This document shows, piece after piece, positions 1 to 10,434 of a stretch of DNA of 64,000 nt. The DNA is from Candidatus Latescibacterota bacterium (GTDB taxonomy: Bacteria; Latescibacterota; UBA2968), in NCBI GenBank assembly GCA_965204745.1, contig OZ242010.1, positions 4,960,001 to 5,024,000 of the forward strand, in the 5' to 3' direction. The notes under the pieces were generated by a model that worked only from the letters and a program-made list of their open reading frames with translations, had not been told where the DNA came from and searched no databases. Within the stretch, counting starts at the first letter, position 1. Each line of letters starts with the position of its first letter. The position numbers and the translations under genes are program-made.

Positions 1-139
1 GTTGCATAACTATGCCCTCTGCGAAAAAGGTGAACGAATGAACGAAGAACTCGGGGGGCCAAAGAAAACAAAAAAGCAGGCGTTTGTCACGAAATAAAAC
101 GCCTCGCGCAGGTATTTACTGCCTGCTGCAGGCGTTGGC

Positions 140-2455
140 TCATTCGAGATTGGCGGAAAACGGTTGTCCCTTGATATATTTTTCCATGTAGGCGTAGTCT
201 GGTGTTCCGCGTTCCGCGACTGGCAATTTGATTTTTGATGCTTTCAATCTCGTCTGACTGCATTTTCTGCCATAGTTGTACCGATACTGTTCGATATTGA
301 GAATGGCGACGAGGAACAGGGCGATGTACGCGTTCATCTCAAACTTAGGTATCAGTTTTTCGACGTGATCGGATGCTGAAAACGGGTCTTTTTGGTATGC
401 ACAATATCCCAACACCGCACTGTCAAGCGTCAACACGCCGCCATCTTCGGTTGCAATGCTGTAAAAACCATCGACACCATTATTCGTCGCTTGCGTAGTG
501 ACGTAAGGATATTCCCCCTCACCTGCGAGTTCCAGATCGCGAATAGGCGTCGTTTTGCTGCCCGTAATGTCAAATAACTCGGTCAGGGAAAACCATTTCC
601 AACGTTCTGTGTTCAGAGCGATTGGATCGCCACAGGATTTGTCGGATACACTCCGCCGGGCGCGGTTGCGAAACAAGTACGTGGCATACTCGTGCAACGC
701 ATCTTCAAATAGATCGTCGGAGACGAGGGTGTAATCCGTCTCCATATACGCTTCTGCTGCCCACTCGTCTTTGTGCGTTAGGCCGACATTCACACTCATC
801 CCGGGTTTTGCTTTGCGGTTGATGTACAGGTCGAGCCACGCTTGCTTTTTCTCGGGCCATTGTCTCGATGCGTCTGTTCGTCCGCCGACCTTCTTTTTTT
901 CAAACCCATCATCTTTGAAGTAGCCGAGAAAGACCTCTTTATTGGGGGGATGGGGACGATGAGCCGTGAATATCATGATGCAGGACACGACACTGACTTT
1001 GGAATTGAAGAAAAGCTCGTTGGGCATGGAACAAACGGCTTCCAGGGTGTGGTTTTGCATCAATTTTTCTTTGAGCAAGGCTTTGGGGCCTCTCGTCGCC
1101 AAAGCGCACGACATGGGTACAATTGCCACGCAGGTCGCGCCATGCGTGAGACATTCCAAGTTGTTGAGCACAAAATCGAGTTCTTCCCTGTCGTTGTTTT
1201 CCGCCTTATACGGTGGATTGAGCAAGCCGACCGTCGGGGTTTTTTTTCGCATTTCTCGGATAATGTCTTCGTCAAAACAATCGCCGCAGTAGATATTCGA
1301 TTTCCCGTCTTGGTGGATGTACATGTTGGAAACCGCTAAGGCATAGATGTGAGCCTGAAATTCAACACCGAAAAGTTGGGATTGTTTAATGCGTTTTTCC
1401 GTTTCCATAGACCCGTGCGCGTTTTCGATCATGCGTTTCATCGCACTGATGAGGAAACCGCCCGTACCGGCGCAATTGTCATAGACTATCGACTGGGTGT
1501 TGACTTGTGCCAAATCCGCAAAGAGTTCTGTAATGTGCGGCGGCGTGAGAACGATGCCGAGGCTTTTGTCGCTGTTGGCATATTTGAGAAATTCCACGTA
1601 CAAATTGCCGAGTACGTCTCGATATTTGTGGTTTTTGATAAAGGAAGTCACCTCGGTATCAATGTGTTGAACGATTTCTTTCAGCTCATTTGTTTTTGCC
1701 GTCAGACCCGTCGCGGTTGGCAAAAAACCAAACTGTTGCGCCAAAATGGATAATCCCCCAACACTCGCATCTTCCAACTGTGCCTGTGCTGCATTCACGA
1801 TCATTTTTGCCAATCGCGTTGGATCGCCTTCCGAGGCGTAAGCATTTTTGAAAAACTGCTGTTCAAGCGCGAGCAATATCGCACTGATGAGCAAGGATCG
1901 GTTGCTTTCAGCGACCTTGTTGCTGTGAAGGCGAACATTTAAGTCGCGTATAAAATTTTGCAGTGCCTCATAATCCTGCTGATACTTGATTGGGTCTTGT
2001 GAGTACCCCGCAATGTAATCCGTTGGAGAAAGCAATACGTCTCCAAAAATTTCAGATGCTACGCGTTGGTTTCTCAGTTGAAGAAAATGCGAAACCTTTA
2101 CCTCCCGCTCGTTTGTACCGCTTATGCCAATTGCCAACACGTCAAAACCCTTGGAAAGATGGGACGCATAGTGCAACGCCCCATCAACGGCGAAGTCTTT
2201 ATATTGATCGCGTTGTGGACTCTGATGTTTTTGCGGATCTGCTTTGCATTCCACGACAATCAGCAAATCGAATTTCTCTTTCAACGAAATGAGGAAGTCT
2301 GGATACCCTCTTCCTCGTCCATCCTTTGACGCGGCTTGAAGCAATTTATTTATCTGCGGTGAATCCGAAGATTGTTCCTCCACAGTCACTTCATCGCCAA
2401 ATTTTTGAAAGTGTTGGCGCGCAATTTCTTCTGTTTTTCTCTCGTTAGCCATCAT
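140..2455 (-). CDS. Fused restriction-modification enzyme (type IIG/BcgI-alpha-like: nuclease + N6-adenine methyltransferase + C-terminal specificity domain)
   Basis: N-terminal PD..ExK motif (YPDF..VECK), MTase motif I (YDNCAGTGGFL), motif IV (NPPY), C-terminal Methylase_S-like region (WKWFSLTELFDI..YPYVT); AAGGAGG RBS before ATG at 2455/2452. Confidence 0.8.
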   Translation of the reverse strand: MMANERKTEEIARQHFQKFGDEVTVEEQSSDSPQINKLLQAASKDGRGRGYPDFLISLKEKFDLLIVVECKADPQKHQSPQRDQYKDFAVDGALHYASHLSKGFDVLAIGISGTNEREVKVSHFLQLRNQRVASEIFGDVLLSPTDYIAGYSQDPIKYQQDYEALQNFIRDLNVRLHSNKVAESNRSLLISAILLALEQQFFKNAYASEGDPTRLAKMIVNAAQAQLEDASVGGLSILAQQFGFLPTATGLTAKTNELKEIVQHIDTEVTSFIKNHKYRDVLGNLYVEFLKYANSDKSLGIVLTPPHITELFADLAQVNTQSIVYDNCAGTGGFLISAMKRMIENAHGSMETEKRIKQSQLFGVEFQAHIYALAVSNMYIHQDGKSNIYCGDCFDEDIIREMRKKTPTVGLLNPPYKAENNDREELDFVLNNLECLTHGATCVAIVPMSCALATRGPKALLKEKLMQNHTLEAVCSMPNELFFNSKVSVVSCIMIFTAHRPHPPNKEVFLGYFKDDGFEKKKVGGRTDASRQWPEKKQAWLDLYINRKAKPGMSVNVGLTHKDEWAAEAYMETDYTLVSDDLFEDALHEYATYLFRNRARRSVSDKSCGDPIALNTERWKWFSLTELFDITGSKTTPIRDLELAGEGEYPYVTTQATNNGVDGFYSIATEDGGVLTLDSAVLGYCAYQKDPFSASDHVEKLIPKFEMNAYIALFLVAILNIEQYRYNYGRKCSQTRLKASKIKLPVAERGTPDYAYMEKYIKGQPFSANLE

Positions 2456-2590
2456 GCCCTCCTTTTGGATAATACCAACTGGCACACCTCAACCCGTCCT
2501 TGCTTCGGACAGGCACGGGGCCTGTCCCTGCGATGAACTGCTATCGCAGTTGTACCCCGCTCCGCGTAGTTGAATTGGTATAACATCGCC

Positions 2591-2631
2591 AAAAACGCCT
2601 TCGCAATCAAGCCATGATTGTGAAGGCGTTT
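2591..2631. terminator. Hairpin, probable intrinsic terminator downstream of the sigma factor gene
   Basis: AAACGCCTTCGCAATC..GATTGTGAAGGCGTTT inverted repeat with adjacent A-run (U-run on minus strand). Confidence 0.5.
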
Positions 2632-2806
2632 CGCGTTTAATGACAGGGCTACGTTTCGCTTTAGCCCTCGCCTCTCGTATCTTTGGGCGAGCACGGGGGC
2701 ATCGCCCCTACATACGGCTCGCTTTTGAACGGGCTATCGCCAGTTGTACCCCGCTCGTGGCTAAAATCCCATCTCGCCTCTCCCCCTTCGGTCACTGAAC
2801 TGTATT

Positions 2807-3754
2807 TCAACTGCAATAGGCCGCGAGGCGTTTGGTGTGGGCCGGGTGGCGCAGGCGGGTGAGGGCCTCTTCTTTGAGTTGCCGAACCCGTTCTCGGCTG
2901 AGCCCCAGTTTGTTGCCGATTTGTTGGTAGGTCACGGGTTTTGTGCAATCCACTTCACCACTGCCGGCCCCGTCGTCGGCCTCTGTGTCGAAACCGTAAT
3001 AGAGATGCAAGACTTGCCGAGCGCGGTCGGGCAGGGCACTGAGGGCACGTTGCACGTCGCTACGCATGGCATCTCGAATATAGGCGTCTTCCGGAGGCAG
3101 GGCTTGGGGATCGGGCAGGGTTTCTTGGAGGGTGATGGCGGTGTCGTCGTACATGGGGGTATCCAGCGACACCGCGTTGTAAGTCGATTCGAGGGTGTGG
3201 CTGACTTTGTCGGGGGACAGGTCGGCTTCTCGGGCGATTTCATCGGCGTCTGGGTGCCGGTCGAGGTGCTGGTACAGATCGGCTTCGACTTTGCGGAGTT
3301 TGTTGAGGTCGTTGAGGACATTGCCGGGAACCCGAATGGCGCGGGTTTGCGTTTCGAGGGCTTTGAGGATATTCTGCCGAATCCACCACACGGCGTAGGT
3401 GATGAACTTATTCCCCTTTTCCGGCTTGAATTTGCGCGCCGCGGTCATGAGGCCCACGTTGCCTTCGTTGATGAGGTCCGCCATGGAAAGCCCCTGGTTT
3501 TTGTAGCTCTTGGCGACGTGAATGACAAAGCGCAGGTTGCTGGTGATGAGCTTTTCCCGGGCACTGTCTCCGGCGCGGCGCGCTCGCGCACTCGCCCAGG
3601 GTTGGTCGCCTTGGGCGATTTGCTCGGTCAGGGCGCGTTCTTCGTCGGGCGTGAGCAAGGGATGCCGCTCGACTTCTCGGTAGTAATAGGCCAGCGAGGG
3701 TTCACTGAATGCCCCTCTCCCTGCATCGTGCGCTTGGTGCATTGCGAAACTCAT
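2807..3754 (-). CDS. RNA polymerase sigma-70 family factor (regions 1.2-4, no region 1.1)
   Basis: NLRFVIHVAKSY, DLINEGNVGL, KFITYAVWWIRQ, region 4 LGLSRERVRQL; AGGAGG RBS. Confidence 0.92.
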   Translation of the reverse strand: MSFAMHQAHDAGRGAFSEPSLAYYYREVERHPLLTPDEERALTEQIAQGDQPWASARARRAGDSAREKLITSNLRFVIHVAKSYKNQGLSMADLINEGNVGLMTAARKFKPEKGNKFITYAVWWIRQNILKALETQTRAIRVPGNVLNDLNKLRKVEADLYQHLDRHPDADEIAREADLSPDKVSHTLESTYNAVSLDTPMYDDTAITLQETLPDPQALPPEDAYIRDAMRSDVQRALSALPDRARQVLHLYYGFDTEADDGAGSGEVDCTKPVTYQQIGNKLGLSRERVRQLKEEALTRLRHPAHTKRLAAYCS

Positions 3755-4051
3755 ACTTCCTCCTTTTGGTGTCCTGAGACCTCCATACCCTTTGCGAAAA
3801 CATCTGTTGACACTGCGAAATGGCCTCAGTTTCGTTGGAACAATATAGTGAACATTTGTTTATTAGTCAAGAAAAAAATAGCACAATAAACCGTTGTTTA
3901 CGAATGGCTTATTGTGCTATAAAAAAGTGTGCAGTGGTCAAACGCGATGTTATACCAATTTGCCAGACGAATAGACGGAGCGGAGTCCAAATGCGATAGC
4001 AGTTCATTGCTCCTGTGCCCGGCCGAATAGAGGGGAAACAGCGATCCGTGG

Positions 4052-4504
4052 TCAGTCCTCTCCGAGTTCGTATATGCCCGAGTTTTTCTGGTTTTCGCGG
4101 GTTTCGACTTTGTACACCCAGCAGCGGTTGTCGGTCATGCCGCGCACGAGTTTGTCGGCGTACTCAAAGACAAATTTCGAGGACGCTTCCATGCCGACAT
4201 TGGGCATCACGCGCAGGTCAACCAAGCCCCTGCGGTGCATTTCTTCAAACAAGTCGCGCTCGGGATCGTTTTCATTGATGAGCATGGTGTGGTCGAACAT
4301 GTGCTCCAACCACACCTTGAGTTTTTTGAGTTTGCTAAAATCCACGACAAAGTGATTTTCGTCGAGTGCGTTGCATGAAAAGTAAAACGTGATCTCCCGG
4401 TTGTACCCGTGAATAAAACGACAGTGCCCATCGTGATACCCCTGACGGTGCGCGCAGGGCAGGTCGTGGTAGGTCTTGGTCGATGAGAATTTTCCCTTTC
4501 CCAT
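4052..4504 (-). CDS. queD: 6-carboxytetrahydropterin synthase / PTPS family
   Basis: CAHRQ..HCRFIHGY, FVVDFSKLK, FDHTML motifs. Confidence 0.75.
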   Translation of the reverse strand: MGKGKFSSTKTYHDLPCAHRQGYHDGHCRFIHGYNREITFYFSCNALDENHFVVDFSKLKKLKVWLEHMFDHTMLINENDPERDLFEEMHRRGLVDLRVMPNVGMEASSKFVFEYADKLVRGMTDNRCWVYKVETRENQKNSGIYELGED

Positions 4505-4643
4505 GCGACGTCCTTTCTGGGAAGTGGTCAGTGGTCAGTGGGAACAGGTGAGACGCAAGACGGGAGAGGCAAGAGGGCCGCCCAACGCCCAAATGTATTT
4601 TTGCATTGCCATAGCCAAATGTATGAACGGAGTCGCCAAAATT

Positions 4644-7007
4644 TTACCTGTTCGCAATTCGGAACACGCCTTCCCGAACTGCGGATTGCGCGCTGTTGTG
4701 GTCTTTTACGGTCATGATCAGGCGATACCGCCCGGCCTTGACTTGACCGATGTCGAGTTCGACATAGTCGGCAACCCACAGGTCGCGGCCCGTTTGCGCG
4801 TATTGCACGCTGATCACCTCGCCATCTTTGCGCCGGATTGTGGGCATAGCCGCCAACTCGCGTCCCTTTTCCGGCGCCACGGCAAAGGCGACTTCGTAAT
4901 GCGTTTGCCCGAAAGGGTCTCGCGTCAGATTGTAGATTTCAAAATAGACAAACATGGGCGTTCCCGAAAAAAAGGTGCGCGAGGGCGAGGTCGTGACGCG
5001 CCACTGTGCAGCCGAGGTGTCGCCTTCGCTTTTCGCAATATGCTGTGCGAGTTGCAGATCGCTGAGCATCAAACTGTCGCCCGAAAAATCGTGTACGCGC
5101 ACCTTTTCCCGATAATTCCCCAGTCGATTGGTGTGAACCCGCCACATCTGCACCGCGAAATCGTATTCGCCAGGAGGCAATGAGATATCGAGTTGGTCCC
5201 TGGCGAGCAGGCTTTTGCCCCGAAGCCCGATGGGGATGGGCACGGCCACCTCTTCCCGCAGGCGCTTGACTTCGCGGTCGCGGTCATCCACCAGCGCGAT
5301 GCGCCGCTCGACCACCACCGTCGTATCCGGGTCATCGGGCAGTGCCACTTCATCCACGGGCAGGCCGATGTTGATCTGCAAGTTCGTCTTGCCCTGTTCC
5401 CCCCTGAACGAAAGGGCTTCGTAATAAAAATTGAGCGGGTGCAGATCGGAGGTGTCGTAGCGTTCGGGAGTTTTTGCCGCGGCAGTAGCCACTTGTGCTG
5501 CGGGCGCGTAATCGTTCATCAATTGGAGAAATCGAAGGGGCGACCCTCGGTAATCGACTTCGTAAATATCCTCTCGGTCGATGGATGGCACGGGCGCGTA
5601 GTCGAAAATGCGCGTGTGCATCTCGTCTGTGAACACCACTTCAATGCCGTTGTGAATGTCGGCATAGATCCACACTTCCCACGGCACGCTGGAAAAATCA
5701 TTTCCGGCGGTCACGGGCTTGAACCCGCGCAAGCCGAGCGTGCCATCGTCTTCCTCGAGCGGGCGGTTGCTCTCGATATTTCGCAGGCCAATGCGGACCG
5801 GGAACACAGGCCCCGTATAGGTCACGGTGGTGCCAGAGCGACCGTAGAGTTGAAACGCCAATTTTTCCTGAATCCGTTGCACGGGAATCGGCACGCTGGC
5901 ATTTGGCTCGCGCCAAGACGAGCGATAGTCTGGCTCGCCATAGCGGATATAGACCTCGCCGCGCCGGTCAAAGGGATAGCGATAGCGACCAAAAAACGTG
6001 CGCGCATGCCAAACCCGGCGGTAGTGCTCGGCCCGCCTCTGCGCCCCGCCCGTTGTTCCAAACGGGTCTTTGCGGATCCAAAACGCCTTGAGAAAATCGT
6101 CCCTCGCCTCGCCTGAAACCGCGCGATATGCCGCGACCTCCTCGGGCGTGCCCACCAGCGCGATATCTTCATAAACCGCCTTTTCCCGCGCATCTAAAGT
6201 CGCCGAGTATTTTTCAAACACGGCCATGGCCGCTTCAAACCGCCGCGACGCCAAAAGCACCTGCGCCAGCAACGGTAGCCTTTGGACATCGGTCATGCGA
6301 GCGGCGAGTTGCGTCACGATGTCGTAGCGTTTTGCGGTCAAAAACCCGAGGGCAAACTCGAGGGCGGGGGCCTCTTCTTGCGGGCCTTGGGACAAATAGT
6401 GATCGTAGTGGGCAAGCGCGCGGCGCGTATCGCCTTTTTGCTGATACAGACGCGCCAGCAACAAGTGGGCGGGCGCGTACCGAGGGTTGATTTGCAATGC
6501 CCTGTTTGCCGCTGCCATCGCTTCCTTCTGCTTCCCGCGTGCGAGATGGGTTTTGCCCAAGAACGCATAGCTCTCGGCGCGGTTGGAATCGGCTTGGATC
6601 GCCTTGTTGAAATGGGCGCGCGCGCGCTTGTGCTCGTTTCGATAGTTCAGAAAAACGCGCCCCATTCCCAGATGGGCATCCGCCTGATGCGGCTCGTTTT
6701 TCAGCACGCGCACAAAAGCCGCTTCCGCGCTGTCGGGCAGCTGAAGCCGCAGGTAGAGATGGCCGATGCGCGCCAGCAATGCGGTGGAATCCGCCGAGGT
6801 CGGCAATGCCCGGTTGAGCGCGTGGAGGGCGTCCCGAATCAGGCTCGGTCGCCCGAGGGTCTGCGCTTTGAGATAGAGCGCGTCCAGATCCTCTGCGTTT
6901 GCCGAAGAAACCGGCGGCGCGTCATCGCCAACCGCATGCCCGACGAGCCACAAAAGCAAACAGAAAATCCAAATCCAATAGCGCGTGTGCATGGTCATCA
7001 TCTCCAC
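4644..7007 (-). CDS. Secreted TPR + GWxTD-domain protein
   Basis: Signal peptide, N-terminal TPR-like repeats, FWIRKDP..EHYRRVWHA..DRRGEVYIRYGEPD signature of GWxTD family. Confidence 0.75.
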   Translation of the reverse strand: MEMMTMHTRYWIWIFCLLLWLVGHAVGDDAPPVSSANAEDLDALYLKAQTLGRPSLIRDALHALNRALPTSADSTALLARIGHLYLRLQLPDSAEAAFVRVLKNEPHQADAHLGMGRVFLNYRNEHKRARAHFNKAIQADSNRAESYAFLGKTHLARGKQKEAMAAANRALQINPRYAPAHLLLARLYQQKGDTRRALAHYDHYLSQGPQEEAPALEFALGFLTAKRYDIVTQLAARMTDVQRLPLLAQVLLASRRFEAAMAVFEKYSATLDAREKAVYEDIALVGTPEEVAAYRAVSGEARDDFLKAFWIRKDPFGTTGGAQRRAEHYRRVWHARTFFGRYRYPFDRRGEVYIRYGEPDYRSSWREPNASVPIPVQRIQEKLAFQLYGRSGTTVTYTGPVFPVRIGLRNIESNRPLEEDDGTLGLRGFKPVTAGNDFSSVPWEVWIYADIHNGIEVVFTDEMHTRIFDYAPVPSIDREDIYEVDYRGSPLRFLQLMNDYAPAAQVATAAAKTPERYDTSDLHPLNFYYEALSFRGEQGKTNLQINIGLPVDEVALPDDPDTTVVVERRIALVDDRDREVKRLREEVAVPIPIGLRGKSLLARDQLDISLPPGEYDFAVQMWRVHTNRLGNYREKVRVHDFSGDSLMLSDLQLAQHIAKSEGDTSAAQWRVTTSPSRTFFSGTPMFVYFEIYNLTRDPFGQTHYEVAFAVAPEKGRELAAMPTIRRKDGEVISVQYAQTGRDLWVADYVELDIGQVKAGRYRLIMTVKDHNSAQSAVREGVFRIANR

Positions 7008-9409
7008 TCATGGAAGCTAGCTCGTATTGAAAATCCGCGCTCGTCCAGTCGTTTGGTGGCGTCGAGGCGCAGGATGCGGGACCAGTTTAGGGCGATGCCG
7101 GCTTCGTGGTAGAATTTGTCGAGGACATGGGGCGCGTATTGCAAGGCGTTCAACTTTTCTTGGGATATCCATGTTCGCCCGGATCCGCCGTATAAGATGG
7201 TCTCAAAGCCATTTCTTGCCAAATAACCCAGATTGAAAATTTCAAAGGGCGCGGCGCGAAAATTGTGTTGCCAGTACACCCCCAAATACTTTTCGCCTTC
7301 GTAGGGATAGTCGCCCAAGTGCCGAAACGTGCCAAACGAGGTGACGGGTCGCCACACATCTAAAACGCCAAAACGCTGCACGGGCAAATCGCCTGCACTC
7401 GTGCCAGCCACAACGCGCACATCCAAAACATTGGGATTTGCACGCCGCTTCAAAAAGGTCTCAACGCGCCAATCAACCCCCAACTCGCATTTGAAAAAAG
7501 AGAAATCGCTCGACAAGAGATCGGGCGAACTCCATTCAATGCGTGCAACCGTGCGTTTGTACCGAGACTTCGCAAAAGTCAATGCGAAATCAACAGAACG
7601 CAACCGGCCCTCGTCAATGGGCGGATTTGCGCGTTGGACTATATCCCTGCCCAAGATATTGAAATCCGTCTGCTTGCGTAGGGACTCGTGCTTGGCATCA
7701 CGCACGCTTGCAGTTAGCCTAATTTTGCCGCGGGAAAGGGATTGCGAAATCTCAACCGCCGTGGATTCGCGCCAATAGTAGTCGTAGTAATCGTCCCATC
7801 CCAACAGGGAGAGGGCGTTATTGACCGACAACATTTCGCTTACCCTGCGAGACCCGTAATGATGCGAACGATAGCGTTCGGCAATCTCGGTTTGATGGCG
7901 AATGGACAACCGCCCCGGATCGCCCGAACGCATCCTGCCCCACTCGTGCCAAAATTCAACGCGATAGAGATAACGGGCGGGGCCTTGGGCATAGCCGCCT
8001 TCCAAGAACACGCGATGTCGCCTGCCCGTAGCCGAGTTGATCACCCCCACACCCATTCGCATTCTGCCTTCCGCCATGCTGACGCGGTTATAGTCGCCTC
8101 TCAATCCCCAATCGACAACGGGGCTATATCCCTTGCGCGGAGACTTTGTCGGCAATTTTAATGGCCCCGCGCTCATGGTCACCCAACGCGCGAGAGGCCC
8201 AGAAGGCGGGAATGCCTTGCGAAGCGTGAGGGTTTCGTCAATTTCCCGATACGCCTTTTCCCCGCGTGCCGAGAGGGGTATTCTATCTATAAATTTTGTG
8301 AACAGGCTGTCCGCTCGAACCGAAGCCTCATCGACCAAAACCCGTTGGGTTGTCTCGTAAAGCGGCGCGGAAAGGGCCTCGTTGATCTCGAAATTTGATA
8401 ATTGTGTAGTGACCGTGGCTTTGCCTGTGGGCGTGCGAATCGCGCCGGGAATCGCGACCCTGCCCGCAATGTCCATGTGAAAATCAATGGGCAACCACAT
8501 CGCGTCGCCAAATGCCTGAAATTGTTGGAGAAAGGACACTTGCACCCGTGCAAAGGGCATGAATGAAAATGCAAGCGGACTGGGTTTTAATTCGGCACGC
8601 AGGATCACAAAAGCTCCATCCAAAACAAAGACTCGGCCCGTAAAGGCGGGTTGGAGTTTGGTTTTGGGATGGACGGAGATTTCGTAGATGACTTGTTTGC
8701 CATTGTATTGTTGCTCGCGCAACTGAAAGTGGTAATAATCGAGCGCGTCTGGATGCGTTGGCCCAATGATGCGGTTCCCGGCGAAAACGATCTCATCGTC
8801 GTAGATGTTGGGGAATGCGTGAAGCGATTTGACGAGGGAAAAGGTGTGCAACCATTCGGGCACATTTTTGGTGTGGCGTTTCGACAGGATGACTTCACGA
8901 GAACCCAAGTCCGCGTCCCAATGAATTTCTGATATGAGATCGCCCATGCCGACAATGCGCGCTTCGTTTTCGATATTTTCGACGACTTGGCGCGTGTACG
9001 CCATGGCCCGAAAACGCTTGAGAGTGGAACGCCACTGGCGCTTTCGGGCGATGACTTTTCGCATGATGCCCGCGCCCATGCCGGGCGTTATGACGACTTC
9101 CTCAAACGGGTACGCGATGGGTTGCATGCGGATGGACAGGGATTCGGTCACATCGTTCACCAACACCTCTTGATCCGCGTACCCAATATGCGTGATGATC
9201 AGCGCGACGGGCAATTCTGAAACCCCGATCAAAAACGCGCCATCCTCATTCGCTATGGTTGCAAGAGACGTATTCTTCGCTCTGATATTAGCAGTCGGCA
9301 ACGGCTGTCCGCTACTGCTATCGACAATTTCGCCTGTGAGCAGAACTCGTGCATTCGCACTCACACACAATCCCAAGTAGCAATATCCCACAAAAAAGAA
9401 AATTCTCAT
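6998..9409 (-). CDS. Carboxypeptidase-regulatory-like domain + DUF5686 outer-membrane protein
   Basis: Signal peptide, GEIVDSSSGQPLPTANI..NEDGAF..HIGY, GPTHPDALDYYHF, beta-rich C-terminus. Confidence 0.7.
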   Translation of the reverse strand: MRIFFFVGYCYLGLCVSANARVLLTGEIVDSSSGQPLPTANIRAKNTSLATIANEDGAFLIGVSELPVALIITHIGYADQEVLVNDVTESLSIRMQPIAYPFEEVVITPGMGAGIMRKVIARKRQWRSTLKRFRAMAYTRQVVENIENEARIVGMGDLISEIHWDADLGSREVILSKRHTKNVPEWLHTFSLVKSLHAFPNIYDDEIVFAGNRIIGPTHPDALDYYHFQLREQQYNGKQVIYEISVHPKTKLQPAFTGRVFVLDGAFVILRAELKPSPLAFSFMPFARVQVSFLQQFQAFGDAMWLPIDFHMDIAGRVAIPGAIRTPTGKATVTTQLSNFEINEALSAPLYETTQRVLVDEASVRADSLFTKFIDRIPLSARGEKAYREIDETLTLRKAFPPSGPLARWVTMSAGPLKLPTKSPRKGYSPVVDWGLRGDYNRVSMAEGRMRMGVGVINSATGRRHRVFLEGGYAQGPARYLYRVEFWHEWGRMRSGDPGRLSIRHQTEIAERYRSHHYGSRRVSEMLSVNNALSLLGWDDYYDYYWRESTAVEISQSLSRGKIRLTASVRDAKHESLRKQTDFNILGRDIVQRANPPIDEGRLRSVDFALTFAKSRYKRTVARIEWSSPDLLSSDFSFFKCELGVDWRVETFLKRRANPNVLDVRVVAGTSAGDLPVQRFGVLDVWRPVTSFGTFRHLGDYPYEGEKYLGVYWQHNFRAAPFEIFNLGYLARNGFETILYGGSGRTWISQEKLNALQYAPHVLDKFYHEAGIALNWSRILRLDATKRLDERGFSIRASFHEWR

Positions 9410-9459
9410 GGTAGCCTCTTTAAGAGGTCTTGACTAAGCAAAGTAAATGTCAACACAAC

Positions 9460-10191
9460 CTAAAAGTATTTCATGAAACCAACCGAAACAACAAAGCCAC
9501 TGAAATCCCCTGGCTGGAATAAGTTTTCAGAAAATCGAATATAATGATGGTAGCCGTTCACAGTAATTGCAGCGTCCAAATTCTCGCCGACAAGAATATC
9601 AAAACCACCACCGACAAAAGCACCAAAGGCAAATGATATTTTGGGGAGTTGTTGTGGAAACACAAGGTCTAAGAGAAGGTTAATGTCTGAAACGATAGCG
9701 TTGGTATGCGACTGGATGCGATCAGGGGCAATCTGTTCTTGGTGATCGAGACGGATATAAGGTCCAATGCCAACTTCCAAATGGGGCACAAAATGAGATA
9801 AAAATCCGAGCGAACCTTGAAATCCAAACGGAAAGGAAAGAACAGTAACGCTCTCTATGTATGGATTGTTCGCAACTTTGAGCTTTTTTGAAACATGAGA
9901 CGCGCTATATGCGATGAACTCAAAACCGAGCCTGGTTGCAAAAACAGAATTGAGCTTGCGATGATAGTTCCAACGACCACCACCACCCCCTGATGTCATA
10001 GAGAGTGCAGCACTAAAACTATTCCGCAGAATTTTTGAACCCTCATCATTCAGTCCAGATCCAAGGGATCGACGCACTTTCTCTATGCGGTGAACGGATG
10101 GCTTAAGCGTTTCCGCCTGTGCTGGATAGATATACAGGCCAAACAGAAGACCAAGACAGAGAAAGCCCCGAAATTTATTGGGATAAGACAT
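9460..10191 (-). CDS. Probable outer-membrane beta-barrel protein
   Basis: Signal peptide ending AQA, amphipathic strands, terminal ..GFMKYF; lower GC than neighbours. Confidence 0.55.
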   Translation of the reverse strand: MSYPNKFRGFLCLGLLFGLYIYPAQAETLKPSVHRIEKVRRSLGSGLNDEGSKILRNSFSAALSMTSGGGGGRWNYHRKLNSVFATRLGFEFIAYSASHVSKKLKVANNPYIESVTVLSFPFGFQGSLGFLSHFVPHLEVGIGPYIRLDHQEQIAPDRIQSHTNAIVSDINLLLDLVFPQQLPKISFAFGAFVGGGFDILVGENLDAAITVNGYHHYIRFSENLFQPGDFSGFVVSVGFMKYF

Positions 10192-10434
10192 TTCTCTCTC
10201 CTTATTCTTTTTAGAAGAACCGCCCAGTTGTATCCCGCTCCATCTATTCGTCCACTCGGACGGACACAGGGGCCGCGCCCAAAAAGGTGAGAGGCAAGAC
10301 GTGAGAAGGCCACCCCCCTTGCATCTTCGGACGAGCACAGGGGCATCGCCCCTCCATCTGCGCCCTCTGCACGATCTGCGAACCGCCTTTGGGCGGCGAT
10401 GGGCGGGGACTGACCACTGACCACTGACTACTGA

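Noticed and set aside
1-12. GTTGCATAA at the window start resembling the IS903-like TIR
   Set aside because: Only 9 bp visible; cannot be supported without upstream sequence
140-4504. 7-deazaguanine DNA modification system (queD near an R-M gene)
   Set aside because: No dpdA/tgt, queC, queE or folE in the window; a sigma factor gene and long intergenic regions separate them
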